DNA of 64,000 bases from Lytechinus pictus (GCF_037042905.1 NC_087252.1:8186001-8250000), one strand, 5' to 3'; numbered from the stretch's first letter, positions 37,981 through 52,790 are shown. Notes: generated from the letters alone by a model not told the origin. A program made the numbers and translations.

Positions 37981-39115
37981 GTTCAATTGTTTCTTTTCAT
38001 TTCAATTCGATTTATTATGAAAGACATTGGAAAAGCAGTCCGGAGAGTGATACATACAAATTTAACAAAAAATAGAGAAATCCAACACTGACAGATTAGT
38101 GAAATTTTTGCAGGGCTGTCAACTCTCACTCATTTAGAATGAGACTCACTCCTGTTGGTCCTTTTTCATTCTAAACTTTTGATTAATTTGCATGCATTTC
38201 TGTCAATCCCATTAATTCTGACCTCTAAAATATATTATTGGCCTCTGAGAGTCTAACCATGAACCCTTCTACGAAGGTGTTACTCGTTGTAGGGTCTATG
38301 GTCTAACTCTTAACTATCCAATGTTGCATGGGCAGCAAAACTTTCATAATACATGTGATTCAAATGTTATATACTCGGATTACTTGATAATCCAGATTTC
38401 GTAGGACATGATAATAAAAACAAAAGAGAATGTCTATTTTCTGAATGCTGTCGATGGATGTATCCCTTTTTTCAGAATTAGGCTTTTTAAGATCATGTCT
38501 GCCATTTAATCCACAGAATATGCCCTTGATGGTTATTCACTCATCTTATATCTGACATCCTCTTTTCGTTTTCGAAATATAAGATGACACGTCTGAGTGT
38601 GTTCTGTCGAAAGGCCGGTTCATTAGCCTTAAGCTTGTCAGCGGGTGGTCTGTATATCTGCGTATAAAAAAAAAACACGTGTATTACGGAAACTTTCATC
38701 ATTTGGGAATGATAGAGGTGAAAGAATTAAAGGATTAATCAAGTACAGAGACTCTGCATGGATATACATTGTCTCCAGTCTTCGGTCCTGTGATCAAGAA
38801 ACACGGAGGTACAGACCACCACAGGCAGCAAACTTTGTGACTGATCAATTGGCTTGAGAAAGTCCACGGCATGACAGGAGTGGATAAAAGCTCGCCCCAA
38901 ATAATCATTAAGGTTGTTGAAGCTTAAATATTATAAAAAAAACCCACGTGATTTATAATACTAAACATGGCGACCATTTTTAAAACTAAACTTCAACTCA
39001 AAGAATCATCGAGCTATATTTGAGGGGAACTATTAATCCTATTGCTAAAGTCACGTGCTTTTACCAATTTAATTTCATCATAAACGTGAATCGATTCCTA
39101 GAAAGAACAAGTAGA

Positions 39116-39275
39116 GGTGCCGTGGCCGAGTGGTCTAAGGCGCCTGGCTATACATGTAAAGTCCGGGGTTCGATCCTCGGCCGCGGCACCTATGCCCGTG
39201 AGCAAGGCATTTAATCTACAATGCTCTTTTATCCTGCTTTCAAATAAATGGAAATGCTTTATGCATTATTGGTAA
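39116..39275 (+). mobile_element. tRNA-derived SINE
   Basis: tRNA-like head 39116-39190 (GGTGCCG/CGGCACC acceptor stem, A box TGGCCGAGTGG, B box GGTTCGATCC), then body TGCCCGTGAGCAAGGCATTT; the anticodon arm does not pair. Confidence 0.75.
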
Positions 39276-40024
39276 CTAGGTGTGAACTTGTTAAAAAAAA
39301 AATAAAAAAACACAAGTAAGGCGCCTCTGGCAGTCTCACCTGCATCACGCGATTCATCAAAGCAACATTGCTGACTTTGAAAACTACAATAAAATAATTA
39401 TTCACAAAAACACAATTCATATAATGATACAATACTATATGTTCATTGACAATAAATGACATTTAACCTTGATCATGCGACCTATGACTTGACAATTCAA
39501 TTCAATTCAATACAATATCGGAGAAATACATAATTGGTAACAAAGCAATTAAACATACATAAATACAAAATGAAATTTGGGAGACTGCAAAAGACCGAAA
39601 GGTCTTAACGAGGCAGACCCCGAGTGCCATCATGGCAATACATACATTGGCATAGGTTAAAATGATGACATGAAGAAAAAAAAAGTACGGATGTCCTACC
39701 TCCCCTCCCCCATCGGAAACTGGAGACCAGTGTTATGAACCATATCTATAAAATTTGAAAATTATGACAGCAATCTAATAATCGACTACAAAATGGCCAA
39801 AGTCCATTGACCTTAAATGACCTTTGACTTTGGTGACTTTGGTAATGTTACCTGAAACTCGCAGATGTTCAGTTATACTTGATTACTCTTATGTTCAGGT
39901 TTTATGAACTAGATCCATACACTTTCAGAGTTATGATGGTTATTCAACAAAATACCCCCATCATGGCCATGACTTTGATCATGTGACCTGAACCTCGCAC
40001 AGGATGTTCAGTGATACTTAATTA

Positions 40025-40478
40025 CAACATTTATCTTCTGTGGAATTATTTGCACGCCATCAATGAACTGTTTGCAGTTACTTTGAGAGAGGAATTCTCA
40101 GTTCTCGAGATCATCAACCTGTTTTAATGAACGCTTTTTCACCCATGGATTGCAGAAATTGACTGTTAATTATCATCAACATCGTCTTCACAGACATTTC
40201 AACTCGTTACCATGGTTACAGTGACTCTTGTTATTCATCGTGCTTCAACATCGATTTCACCATAGCCATCATTGTGAACTTTAATTTAAGGAATCTTCGC
40301 CAACCAACTTGGATTTTATTTTGATTTAATACGGGACTATCATAACCTTGGATTGCACATCTAACTATTCAAGATGTTTTGTTTTTGTTTTGTTAATTGA
40401 TCTATTTCCTGTAATAAAAGAAAAGGAAATAGAATTAAAAACTAAATTTTCATTGTTATTTGTTGAAGTATCGTAACA
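40025..40478 (+). mobile_element. Possible solo-LTR fragment inside the HINE
   Basis: Non-HINE block containing AATAAA and ending CGTAACA; no 5' TGT end or TSD found. Confidence 0.35.
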
Positions 40479-40688
40479 CAATCAAAAACCCTTAATGACC
40501 TTTGACCTTAGTCATGTGACTTGAAAGTCAGTCAGGATGTTCAATAATACTTGATTAACACTACGTTCAAGTTTCATGAACTAGGTCCCTATATTTGCAA
40601 AGTTATGATGACATTTTTAAAAAACTTTACCTTATGTTATGATTTTGACGTTGATTCCCGCAACGTAGTCTAAGTTCATTGACCTTAA

Positions 40689-43600
40689 CCCTTTGCGTGC
40701 GGGCCCGCGAAACCGGATACTTCTCCCTGCGGCGGAGCTGTTTTTGTACATTGCTGGTATTTGGATCTGTGGCGGTGTTTTCCTAATCTATTGCTAATTG
40801 CGCCAAACTGAAGTATTTTCAGGATTTTTAGTAAATGTAAAGATGAAAGATCAGACATTTTTCTTTATAGAATTAACGGTCTTGCTTCTCAAATCAACAG
40901 AATAGTTAAGGAATTTACGAGGAAAAAGTCGTGTTATTTTGTAAAATCTTCGGTCAATAGGCACTGTGTACAAAAATGCGTAAGGGCAATCAGCACGCGC
41001 GGACAAGTCGGGTACGATCGATACCGCTTTGTTGTCTGCTCTTTTTTCATTGCTCATGAATGGTCTCTTTACCCCCTTGCAGATCTTTGCAAAGTGTATA
41101 ATTACGACGATAATCCGATAATTTACTAGGTCATCCTGACGAAATACACTAATCTTCATTTTATTCAGGGCGTTGGCTATTAGTCCCCTGCTCTTTTTTA
41201 TAAGGAATTTGTTTGAGCGTCCGCCATGACTTTCTTTTGTTCATTTTTAAAAGAGCAGAGGATAAACGTTGTTCTTAATTCCTTTATTTTCTGTTTGTTT
41301 CCTTTGAAATAGAAGACAAAAATAAGAGCAATATCGGATGAGAGAACGAGAGAAAGCGGGGGGGGGGGGGGGGGGGGAGGGTTCAAAAGTTGTCCAGGGG
41401 CCCGTTTTATATAAAATTTGTTTACAAGTTTTCAATAACACTTGAAAGCTATATCATTCTATTTGACTGGCGGATGGTAAATTTGTTTAAATTATTGCGC
41501 ATTTTTTAATATAACATGTGCATGTATAATGTATTTATAAAACGGTACCAATTAGGGATTTCCTCGTTTTCCCTTTCTCTGGTTTCTAACCTGTAACTGA
41601 ATGTATACCGCTTTCATTCCCTTATATCTATCGTCTTTCTATATCCCCTCCCTTCTACACCTTTTTTCTCTGAGTTCTTCTCATTTGAATTATATCTGTA
41701 TCGTCTTCTTTCTTCCCGATTTGGATTACGAGGTATATACCCGCCCCCATCCCCCTCAATCCTTTCTTTCTGATTTTTTTCTTCTCAGTACCTGTCATTT
41801 TACATTACATCTAACATCTCCCCCCCCCTCTCTTCATCGGTAACGGTTTCGAGAGATCAATGCCTCGTTTTTGCCAACTTGTATTGATTGGAGATGGTTG
41901 CATTTGTGGGCCTCTCGTCCTATTGCATCGTGGTTATCATGTCGAAAATTTGGGGGGTTTTCCCCCTATTTCTCAAATAATGTCCCGAAAAACCTTCTAA
42001 AATTACTATTGTAACTGTCATTTCACAAAAAATTCTATATCATCTTCCATTTTCTATATTGAAAACGTGGGTAGATATCTTTCACAAAAGACAATATGAT
42101 GATGATCATCATCATCATCGTATAAAAATGCACGACTAAACTATTTTTTGTGAACCTGGGGCTTAGGGTTATGGCAAGACAGAGGCCTTAATCTTTCACT
42201 AAAAGTAATTTTCTTTTTTAGATTTTTTTATAAATTATATGTTTCATTTAATTCGATTTCCCCCGCAGATATTATAGTAATAAAATAATTTTGTTCCTGA
42301 AGTTTGCGCATCGGTATTCAAATTGTAATATCATGAAATTATTTCAAAGAGTTAAACGAATAAAAGTGACTAAAATTGTAAGTCTGAAATCATACCTCCC
42401 AACTCTCTTCTTGTCACTTTCTACGTTTCTTTATCTTACTATTCCCTCAAAAAGAGCAAAGCAATTACTGAAAGTAAAAGAAAGTATTTTTTCTTGAATA
42501 AATTATAGCATCCGCAATCATAAGTGTTGTTTTTTATTTGTTCTTTCGTTTTGTTCTATTGTCTCCTTGATTTCAGAACCGATAATAAATAACCGTCCTC
42601 ACCTCTTTCAGCAAACATGTACAAAAAATCCGAAGTCTATATAACTTTCTGATTTTTTTTTCGGCCGGTCCACTCCCTCCCACATTCAGTCACGGAAACA
42701 ATTTTTTTTCCTCTATGAATCTTTTCTACCACGCTATTCGCCAGTTAAAAAAATGAGAAAGAAATCGGCAAAAAGTACGAAAATCAATAAAATTTGGGTC
42801 GGTATCAACCTTTTTTTTGGGGGGGGGGGGTAGGTTGCACATGAATAAAAGTTTGTAGGATTGAGAGGATTCTGTCGGGTGACACGCCATACAAACGTGT
42901 TTTCTTTATAGGGGGTGCCTTAGCGTAATGTATCATCCTGTATTATTCTATTTCCTCCATTTCGCGCGAGGAAACTTAGTTCATTATTGGTTTTATCATT
43001 TGAAGTAATTATGTTTCCGTCAACTTTTCAATGCAGAAGTTTTCATCTGGGTGAGAAAAGGAAATAAGATGAAGAGGTTCTAAAACCTAACCTATTATAA
43101 ATTCATTCTGTAAAATTACATGAATTAACAAATTGTATTTTTTTAGCCGCTTCATCCCCGTCCCACAGCTCAACACTTGCACCATAAAAAAAACATTGCA
43201 GTCCCTGTATAACATATTTTTCCAAACATTTTGGTTTAGATGCTAACCATGGTAAGCGCCCAAAATGCGATTTTTTTTTTGGTCGTAACGGGGGAAAAAA
43301 GGGGCCAGGACGATCTTTATTCTTATTTTTTCTACAGCGTTACTCGCAATTAAAAACAGAAAATCGGAGAGAGGAGACAAACAAGAAATATTAGAGTGTA
43401 GGTCAGAACATTTTTCTTCGGGTGGGGGGGGGGGGGGGGCAAACAAGAACAATGATAAAAAGTCATCAGTTTGGCAAGGGTCTTAGGACCGAGTTGCAAC
43501 AAACAAACATTGTGGGATTTTTTAAAAAGTAATCTAACCAAAAAATAAAGTCATGTTGTAATTCGTTTAAGTAGATATTCATGGAATTTTAGCAAAAGCG

Positions 43601-44714
43601 CACTTGTCTGTTACCCCTTTTATCTCTGTATCTCATTCTCTCTCGTCCTCCCTGACATTTGAACATATTTTTTCGATAATTTCCCTAAATAATTATTCGT
43701 TCATCCTTATATGCATCATCACCCAGGGGAAGCGCCTTTTTGCAATATGAATCACTGACGGATGTCATAAGCACCTGTGTTGTCGGTAATGAGACATTTT
43801 TTTAGATACGGTATGTTGGTCGAAAAAAGATTCATAAAAGCTTTTTGTATTGCTAAGTACGAAAAGCGTTCAATGGGTCATCCTGCCGATAAACACTAAT
43901 CTTCCTTTTGTTCGGGGCGTTGGCCATCTGTATCCTGCTCTTTTCGGAAGGAATTTGTTTGAGTGGCCGCCCAGACATTCTTTTGTTCGGGTAGTGCCGA
44001 TATCATGAACTACATGGACGTTCCCCCTTTGAAAAGAGCAGAAGATGAATGGTGTGCTAAACTGCTTTCTTTTCTCCTTTTTTCAGAATAGTAGACAAAA
44101 ATAATGAGAAGAAGAGGGATGATGGGGAGGGAAAAAGTTCAAAAAGTGCACTGAGATCAGCTCAAAGTACTAAGACATTACAAGCTTTTTGCTTTTCTGA
44201 AAATGCAATCGATCGATGAAACCAAGGAGATATCATTCTATCTAAAATGATATCTTCTTGATTAAACAAATAAGACGAAAATGGTGAATAAACGCGTAGC
44301 TTATTACGTGACGATCTTGCAGAAAAGATGTTAGCGTATGTATCTATCAGAACAACGATATGGATCAAATCACGTGATCAGAACGAATCACGTGATCAGG
44401 CCTTATGCGCGCGCGTACGTGCTCGTCACAAAATTTATCCTCCCCGTCCGACTCCAACGAAAAAATCGGGTAAAGTTGAAATGATTTCCTATATTTTCGG
44501 GATTTTTCCCCACGTAGCTGTATATTTTTTTCAATCTGTTATCGAAATAGGTTTATGAAGGAAATAGTGTCAGAGGTTTTAGTACATAACAATTACGAAA
44601 AAGCTGAAAAACTTCACTGAATTAAACCAAACATTTCTCGGCTTCTGTAGAAGCCCGTCGTAGCTAAGTGAACGACTCGCTGGGCTTCTGTGGAAGCCCG
44701 TCGCACTCAAAGGG
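40689..44714. mobile_element. Non-autonomous piggyBac-type element (4.0 kb)
   Basis: TTAA at 40685-40688 and 44715-44718; TIR CCCTTTGCGTGCG / CGCACTCAAAGGG (12/13 match); duplicated subterminal palindrome GGCTTCTGT(A/G)GAAGCCCGTCG at 44641 and ~44683. Confidence 0.9.
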
Positions 44715-47700
44715 TTAAATTACCTTTTACCTTGATCATGTGACCTGAAACTCAGGCAGGATGTTTAGTAATACTTGATTAACCTTATGTTTAAGTTTCA
44801 CGAACTAAGTCTATATACATTTTCAGGTGAGACAAAAATAGTGTATGTGAAAGCATGAAACATCCACCAGAATGCAATTGGACCAGGAGAACCGAGATTG
44901 CGATACTGTAAATTTCATATTGGCAATTTTATGAGTAGATTGTGATAACCGGGCTACCATTCATCGTGTACACTTTGGAGTTTAAGGTTTCGCCAGTTGT
45001 TGCCATCTTCCCTACGGGGCTAAGATGACATATTGATATATGTCATCATAAAATGATAATACCATTTTGAGTAAAAGTGTTTAAGAGAGTTGAGTCAGAT
45101 GTGTATTGGAGCAAGTATTCAACTTATTAATAATTCATAAAATAAAATGTGTACGGAAATCACAACAAAAGCCTATGGCTTGCTAAACAGTGACCCCCTT
45201 ACATACAAAATATATGTTATGGCAGGGTAAATCAAGAACTTAAAAGAACAATCAAATCTACAATAGGTCAATTACAACCAGACTAAAAACAGTAGACAAA
45301 AAGCAATCCTTACTTTACATTGCGTATCCGGCAAAAATCATAAAAGTTGCACAAATTTAGACAATTTTAATTACATAATATTCAGAAAATAATGTTATTT
45401 TAGTGTAGTGTATATTTTCTTTTTGCGTTGGAATATTCAAATGTATATATTGTACTGTACTATGTAATACCATCTTTTAATGAAGTGTGGAAATATAATA
45501 AATGAATCAATCAATCAAATCAAATTTTTGCATCGGTGTAACAATGACAGAGGTAAAAATGACAAAGGTAAAAATGGCAGACGTAAAAATGGCAGAGGTG
45601 AATATGGCCAGTCTTAAACTCCCATGCCAAAAAGTCCAAAAGCCCCTCCATGTACAGTAGATTGAATGAGAAAGGTTCTGAGAAGAAAATAAGAATTATA
45701 ATGTGGGAACTAATGGAAACAGTATCATTTTTAAATCATACTTTCGACCTTCTGCACCAAATTGATAACACTCGAGTTGGTATTTCTTATTTTTTCCTTG
45801 ACTTACATGCACGGCCTTCTCATGTCAAATCGCTCTTCTAATATTCAAATTTGAAGCACACTTTGAATCCCAAGTATTTTATTCAATTCATTAAAGGGAA
45901 AATTCACCCTGACATATAAAGTTCATTGTAATAGAAAAATACAATTAAATGATATTGGTGAGGGTTTTAGGGAAACCATCAAAGATTTAAAAAGCAAATA
46001 GATTTTCATATTTTAGTGGTGACGTCATTTGCGAGCAGTTTATCCCATATATGGTGCAATAAAAATATCAATGAAATGTCATTTTCTTAGAGAAAAATTA
46101 AAATAGTTTTTATTGTACCTTAAGTATATCAATATACAAATCATTTCACACCCGCTCCTGAAAGATTTTTTAGCATGTCATGATGTTTTATTACCTCTTG
46201 TCATTTTTGCCTCTGCCACCTAAACCTCGATCTGCCAGTTTTAACTCCGTCATTTTACCTTTACCATTATTACCTTTACGGGGGAGGGGGGGGGGGTGTT
46301 GCACCCACAAATCTAATAACACTTCACCCACAAATGTAATAATTTTTGATCGCCCACAAATGTGATAATGACTTTACCCACAAATGTAATAAATGTGAAC
46401 GGATTTTTGGCGAATCCCTTCTTAACTAAAATCCTATAGTAATGCGTTCATATAGCACAAAAGTGCAAAGTCTTTTTTCCAGACCCGGTTGTTTCAAAAA
46501 TTGTAATATAAGTTAAGTCTTTTTTCCAGACCCGGTTATTTCAAAAATTATAATATAAGTCCAAACTAAGATACGATAATGATATTCCAGTGGAATAAAA
46601 ATGAGAATCGAGTTTAGTCTTTTCTCCAGACCCAGTTAATTAAAACTGGTGGAATTAATGTCTTTGTTGTTGCTTTAATTTATTCGGCGCGTATTGTGAA
46701 TATATGCACTAAGAGTAAATTGAGAATCAAGCGTAGTCTTTTCTCCAGACCCGGTTATTTAAAACTAAAAACTAAAACCCTATACTAATGCGTTCATATA
46801 GAATCAAAAGTGCAAAGTCTTTTTTCCAGACCCGGTTAATTCAAAAGTCATAATATAAGTCCAAAGTCTTTTTTCGAAACCCGGTTGTTAAAAAAATTAT
46901 AATATAGGTCCAAACTAAAATACCATACTGATATTCCAGTGGAATAAAAATGAAAATCGAGCTCAGTCTTTTCTCCAAATCCTGTTATTCTAAAACTATA
47001 AATAACAATACAACAAAAACAGTATAAAGACTCCATAATCTTATTAATGCTGGATAACATGGACATATAGCGTAGTCTTTCAGCCAGACCCAGTTATTTT
47101 TTTCAAAATAAAGCTAATAGTAATTTTCAAAATAAAGCTAATAGTAATAATATTAAAAAAAAATCAAAATCTAAGACAAAACAATCCTTCAACCTAAGAA
47201 CCCGGTTTAGAGCGTTGTCTTTATTCCAGACCTAATCATTAAAAAAATTACGAAAAAAATCTTCTAACCTAAGACCCTATCACATTCTTCTTCTTGTGGA
47301 ATAACATGAGTTTTAAAACACACTCTTTCCTCCAGACCCGGTTATTTAAAAAATGAATTAAAAAAACTTCAAATCTAAGACCAATCCTCAAAAGTTACAC
47401 CCAGCAAAAAAAATATGTCTTTACCCCACACCCATTTTTTTTTTATATAATACTAGGACCTCTGCAAAACATTGTAACAATGCATGGGTAAAGCAAACAT
47501 CCTTTCTCCAGACTTGGTTATTATTTGAAAAAAAAAGTTTTTACAAATATTCTCAAACGAATACCCAATAATCTATTTACTGTGGAATAACATGAAGATC
47601 GATTGTAGACTTTCCTCCAGACACAGTTATTTCAAGAATAAAAGCAATAAAACCCAACCCCCAACAAGGAATCTAAGAACCAACAATCCTCCAAATTAAA

Positions 47701-48015
47701 ACCATGTAGAAAAGCACATGTTTCGAGCGTTGTCTTTATTCCAGACCCAGTCATTAAAAAAAAAATTAAACAATCTTAAAAACATAAGACTTTGTCATAT
47801 TCTTATTCCTGTGGAATAACACGAGTATTATGCTTAGTCTTTCGTCTAGACCCGGTTGTTTAAAAGATAAACAAATATTGAAAAAAAAATCAAAGCTAAG
47901 ACCAATCTTTAAACTATAAAACCCTGTGATAATGCATACCACAAAAACGACAAATTAATCATAGGCGTAAATATTCATATCTGAATGATACGCGCCTTAA
48001 AACCCAAGATAACAA

Positions 48016-48047
<32 letters not shown>

Positions 48048-49254
48048 TTATTCTACATCAATGATATTGTGGGGTCTTTGTTAATATTGTTTGTTATTAT
48101 TGTTTCTTATAATTTCCCTTTTTTTAATAAATGGGTCTGGAGCATAGACTACACCATAATTCCATGCTATTCAATGTTGATAAGATTGCAGGGTCTTTGT
48201 TTTGTTGTTATTGTGTTTTTAATGATTTTTATAACTGGGTCTGGAGGAAAGACTACGCTATATTTCCATGTTATTCAAAATAAATAGGATCGTGGGTCTT
48301 TTGTTTTTATTATTATTATTAATTTATTATCATTATTCATCATTTGTTAATTGAAAGATCTGGGTCTGGATGAAAGACTACGCTATATTTCCATGTTATT
48401 TAACATTAATAAGATAGTGGGGGCCTTTGTTACTTGTTGACTCTTAAAAAAATGATTTGTAATTTTAAAATAAGTGGGTCTGGAGGGAAGACTACGCTAT
48501 ATTTATATGTGATTGATACACGTCTGACAAAACTCAAATACACACACACACACAGTTATTCAACATCAATAAGATTGTGGGGCTTTTGTTTTATTATTAT
48601 TATTATAATATCTTTTTTATGATATGTTATCTTAAAATAACTGGATCTTGAAGAAAGACTAAGCTATATTTTCAAGTTATTCAACATTCGTCATAGTTTG
48701 AGTCCTAATATTGTCTACCCAAATCCTGAACCTGTCACCACTTCCACGCTGGATACTTTTGAACATACCTCTGCAGATGAGATCCTTAATCTTCTTCGTA
48801 AACTGCCTCCAAAATCTTGCCAATTAGATCCAATCCCCACAACTCTTTTAAAAGATTTTGCCTCTACTTTCGCTCCAATAATTTATGATATTGTAAACAG
48901 AAGCATAGATGAGGCCACTGTCCCATTAGCTTTGAAAACGGCCCTTATTCGTCCTTTATTGAAAAAAAAAACCATCTTTAGATTGTGAATCACTCACAAA
49001 TTACCGACCAGTTAGTAATCTTCCTTTTTTGTTCAAGATTCTTGAGAGGGTTGTCTTTTCAAGACTCACAGATTATTTGTTAGAACATGATTTATTTGAC
49101 CCGTTTCAGTCTGCCTATCGACCTCATCACAGTGTCGAGACGCTCCTCACTAATGTTTCTAGCTTTATCTTACAGAAAATGGACAGTGGATCTGTCACAG
49201 CAATGGTACTCCTAGATCTGTCGGGCGCTTTTGACACCGTAGACCACACCATAC

Positions 49255-50983
49255 CACTGGCGTAAATCCCGGGGGGGATGGGGGGGATATATCCCCCCCA
49301 CTTTTCGAGGAGGGGGGGATGGCCTGTACAATCATCCCCCCCACTTTTTACGAAAGAAATAAAAAAAAATCACAAGAGATAATTGTTTTATTGGTGAAAA
49401 TTCTTCCTAAAATACCGCTTAACAAATAAAACAATATTATTGAATCATAAAATGCAAATAAAGAGCCAGTTCACCATTTCCAAACGAAATACTTATGTCC
49501 TTATTATAACATTGAAGAGAAACCCCCGTTTCTTCCAATTCATCAATGTTGGGGTCTTTGGGAAGGGATTAAGATGGAATGTCAAATTTTTTTTAATGTA
49601 ATCTCTAATAAAACCATTAAACCATCATGGGGTAAAAAAATAATAATATTGGAGGGGTATTTGCCATATGGACATACAGTGGCGTAACTACGGGGGGGGG
49701 GGGGCATGGGAGGCACATGCTCCCCCCATCGGCTGACAAAAAAACCCCGGGGAAATGGGGAAAAAGAGAAAAGAGGGAGAAAGGAAAAGAAACGTAGTGG
49801 GAAAGAAGAAAGTATTATTCATTATAATGTTATATTATATTATAATTATGTTATGTTACATTACATAAGAAACATTTTTATCATTACTTTATGAAACATA
49901 ATTTGCCCAGGGCCTACGTCTTCATTGTTCCTGGTGCTCGCATTGTCTGTTCAACGATAATCCTGTTGTACTAAAACATCCCGTTTTCAAGTCAATATAA
50001 ACCAAATATATTTCCTAGCACTTGAATTATCATTGTTTTATGTAGTGACATAGGCCTATGCTTCTTTTACATGACTCAAAAAGTGATTGCCCCATGTTAA
50101 GGTCTTCGTATATATAAAAACATTTCCTGTCCGTGATTACGTTCGCATTAGTGGATTGGTGAGATATGTCTGCTCTTCATGAATTCCTAAAATCAGTCCT
50201 TAAAATGTCCCTTTTTCTGATATGAATATCAAAAATTTTCAGCTCGCGCTTCGCACTCGCATCATTTGGTTAATGAAATACGTATGGTCCAAGTTAATTC
50301 CTACGAAGAAACCTTAGAATGCCCCACTTCAGGTCTGAATTATCTAACTTATCTAAATTTTCTGCTCGCGCCTCACGCTCGCAATATTTGATTAGTGAGA
50401 TGCGTATGATAATCATGATTGCAATGACTACAAAAAGTGTTTCATGTGTTCAGATGTAATTCTACTAAAATCAGCAAGCGCTTGGCACTCGCATTAGATG
50501 ACTATGGTGAGATATGCATACTCTTAATGGATTCCTAAAATATATTCCTTAAAATCTCGCTGTTTGGGGTCAAAATATACGAAAATTTCAGCTCGCGCTT
50601 CGCGCTCGCATTGTTTAGCGAGACAGGTAACTATCATGATTACGCAAATTTGATTATAATGTCCCTTTTTAGGTGTGAATATTTACAAAATTCAGCTCGC
50701 GCTTCGCGCTCGCATAATTTGATCAGTGAGATACATATCCGTTCAATGACATTGTCCTTAAAATGTCTCTATTAGGTCAGAATAACTAGCAACTGAGCGC
50801 GCTTCGCGCGCTCACTCAGTGATTCAAAGATTTTGCTGGTGCCCCCACAATGCCGTGACCCACGGTACGCCACTGTGGACATATCAATTACAATTCCTTG
50901 CATATCTAAAAACATGATTGCAAAAAAAATGCCAAAATATTTCAGTCATCCCCCCCACCCCTCAACACGGATTTACGCCAGTG
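49255..50983. mobile_element. hAT-like MITE (outer) inserted in the L2 RT
   Basis: Perfect 15-bp TIR CACTGGCGTAAATCC; 8-bp TSD CACCATAC (49247-49254, 50984-50991). Confidence 0.95.
49677..50875. mobile_element. hAT-like MITE (inner) with GCTCGCGCTTCGCGCTCG internal repeats
   Basis: TIR CAGTGGCGTA; 8-bp TSD TGGACATA (49669-49676, 50876-50883). Confidence 0.95.
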
Positions 50984-51059
50984 CACCATACTTATTAACA
51001 CTCTGACTAGTTTAGGTGTTCAGGGCAAGGCCCTACAATGGCTGAAATCTTATCTCTCA

Positions 51060-52064
51060 TTGCAATCACAGTCAGTCCTCATCAATGATGTTACCTTTTC
51101 ATCTAGGCCACTTGTCTGCGGCGTCCCCCAGGGCTCTGTTGGAGGGCCCACTTTGTTTTCCATTTATTTGACAGGGCTTCAAGATATTTTTAAACGTCAC
51201 TCTGTTCACTATCACTTATATGCAGATGATATTCAGATTTTTGTATCGTTTTCACCCAATCAAACTAGTGCCACACAAGCCCTGTGTAATCTTGAAAGAT
51301 GCATAATGGACATTGACACTTGGTTGAAGTCAAACTCGTTGCTTTTGAACCATAGTAAATGTGAGTTTTTAGTTTTTGGCTCAAAGTTTCAACTTAACAA
51401 ATTCAACATTGATTCCATTTCTATCTCAGGCAATGACATCCCCTTGTCAAAAACATGTCGCAATCTTGGAGTTATCTTTGATTCTCACATGTCCATGTCC
51501 AACCAGATTACAAACATTTGCAGATCAGTTCGTTATCAATTGCGCGATATTGGTTTCATAAGAAAATATCTCACTCGCTCAGCAACAGAGAAACTGGTAC
51601 ATTCACTCATTTCTTCACGATTCGATTTTGGTAATAGCCTTCTTTACAACTTACCAGATTCTCAACTTGGAAAATTGCAAAGGTTGCAAAATGCAGCTGC
51701 GCGTATTGTAACTCTATCTAGCAAGCGCAGCCACATCACCCCTATATTGAAAACTCTTCACTGGTTGCCCCTGAAGGAACGCATAGTCTTTAAAATCCTT
51801 CTTTTGATTTTTCATATAGTCAATGGAACTTCCCCCAGTTACAATAGGTCTTTGATGCATCATTACCAACCCTCAAGAAATTTACGATCCTCATCATCTA
51901 ATCTCTTACAAATTCCAGTTGCTAATAAATCATGCGGGGAGCGGGCCTTTGTTCATATAGGGCCTAGCCTGTGGAATTCTCTCCCTAATAGTTTGAAAAC
52001 CCAGACTTCAGTGACCACCTTCAAGGGCAACCTGAAAACATACCTGTACAAAAGTGTTTTTTGA
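51060..52064 (+). pseudogene. C-terminal half of the L2 reverse transcriptase ORF2
   Basis: ORF-track 334 aa with PQGS and YADD motifs; in frame with 49029-49254 once the MITE and one TSD copy are removed. Confidence 0.9.
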
Positions 52065-52546
52065 TTGACATTGACTTATTGTTCAGACATGTATTATATG
52101 TAAATAGTTTTGTTCTGCTCTAAAGCGCCTTGAGCATCTAATCAGGATTGAAAGTGCGCTATATAAATCTTATGTATTATTATTATTAATGAAATTGTGG
52201 GGTATTTGTTAATATTGTTCTTTATGATTTGCTATTTTGAAATAACCGGGGCTGGAACAAAGACTACACGATATTTCGATGCTATCCGAGTTATCAATTT
52301 GATGATTTGTCAGGGGGGACAGAAAGGAGAAAAGGATGAACAGAGAAGTTTTGTTTATTTGTTGGTTTGTTTGGTTTTGTTTTCAATTTTTTTTTTTTTT
52401 TTTTTGCACTTTCATCCCATACTTTAGTTTTCGGTGTCCCGAAACCTGAAGTTTTATCAGGCCACAAATCCAGTTTACTTTTGTTTTCTCTGTTGCAGCT
52501 TGCTGTAGCAGAAGAGAATCAAACGTGCTGCAAGAAACAGAACGCA

Positions 52547-52790
52547 TAAAGAAAAAAAAAGAAAAATAGAAAAGGAAAGATAAAAAATATAAGAGGAAAA
52601 AAGAAAAAAAAAAAAATAGCAAGAAAAGAAAAGAAAACAGAAGAAAAGAAAAATAACAAGAAAAGAAAAGGAAAAAAAAAGAAGAAAAAAAGGAGAAAGA
52701 AAAAAAAGAAAAAGAAAAGGAAGGAAAAAAAAAGAAAAAGGAAAAGAGAGAGAAGAAAAAAAAAGGAAAGGAAAAGACAAAAAAAATAAG
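52547..52790. repeat. Purine-rich (GAAAA)-type low-complexity tract
   Basis: Directly visible; the source of the poly-Phe ORFs on the minus strand. Confidence 0.9.

Larger units (their letters stand above)
39312..44838 (-). mobile_element. HINE/DINE-1-like element expanded to 5.5 kb by nested insertions
   Basis: 3' end ACAAGT..CGCCTCTGGCAGTCTCACCTGCAT at 39312-39345; 5' end CAGGTGAGACAAAAA at 44824-44838; the core repeat resumes precisely after the piggyBac insertion. Confidence 0.8.
48689..52187 (+). mobile_element. 5'-truncated L2-clade LINE (RT plus 3' tail), split by nested MITEs
   Basis: KSCQLDPIPT..NYRPVSNLPFLFKILER..FQSAYRPHHSVET..LLDLSGAFDTVDHTI | LINTL..VPQGSVGGP..YADDIQ..LQRLQNAAAR..HITPILKTLHWLP; tail TAAAGCGCCTTGAGC..GCGCTATATAAAT..(TAT)n; one frameshift in an A-run near 48965. 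Confidence 0.93.

Noticed and set aside
39116..39190. tRNA gene
   Set aside because: The anticodon arm cannot pair, no T-run terminator follows, and a SINE-like body continues downstream. The same applies to 22392-22465.
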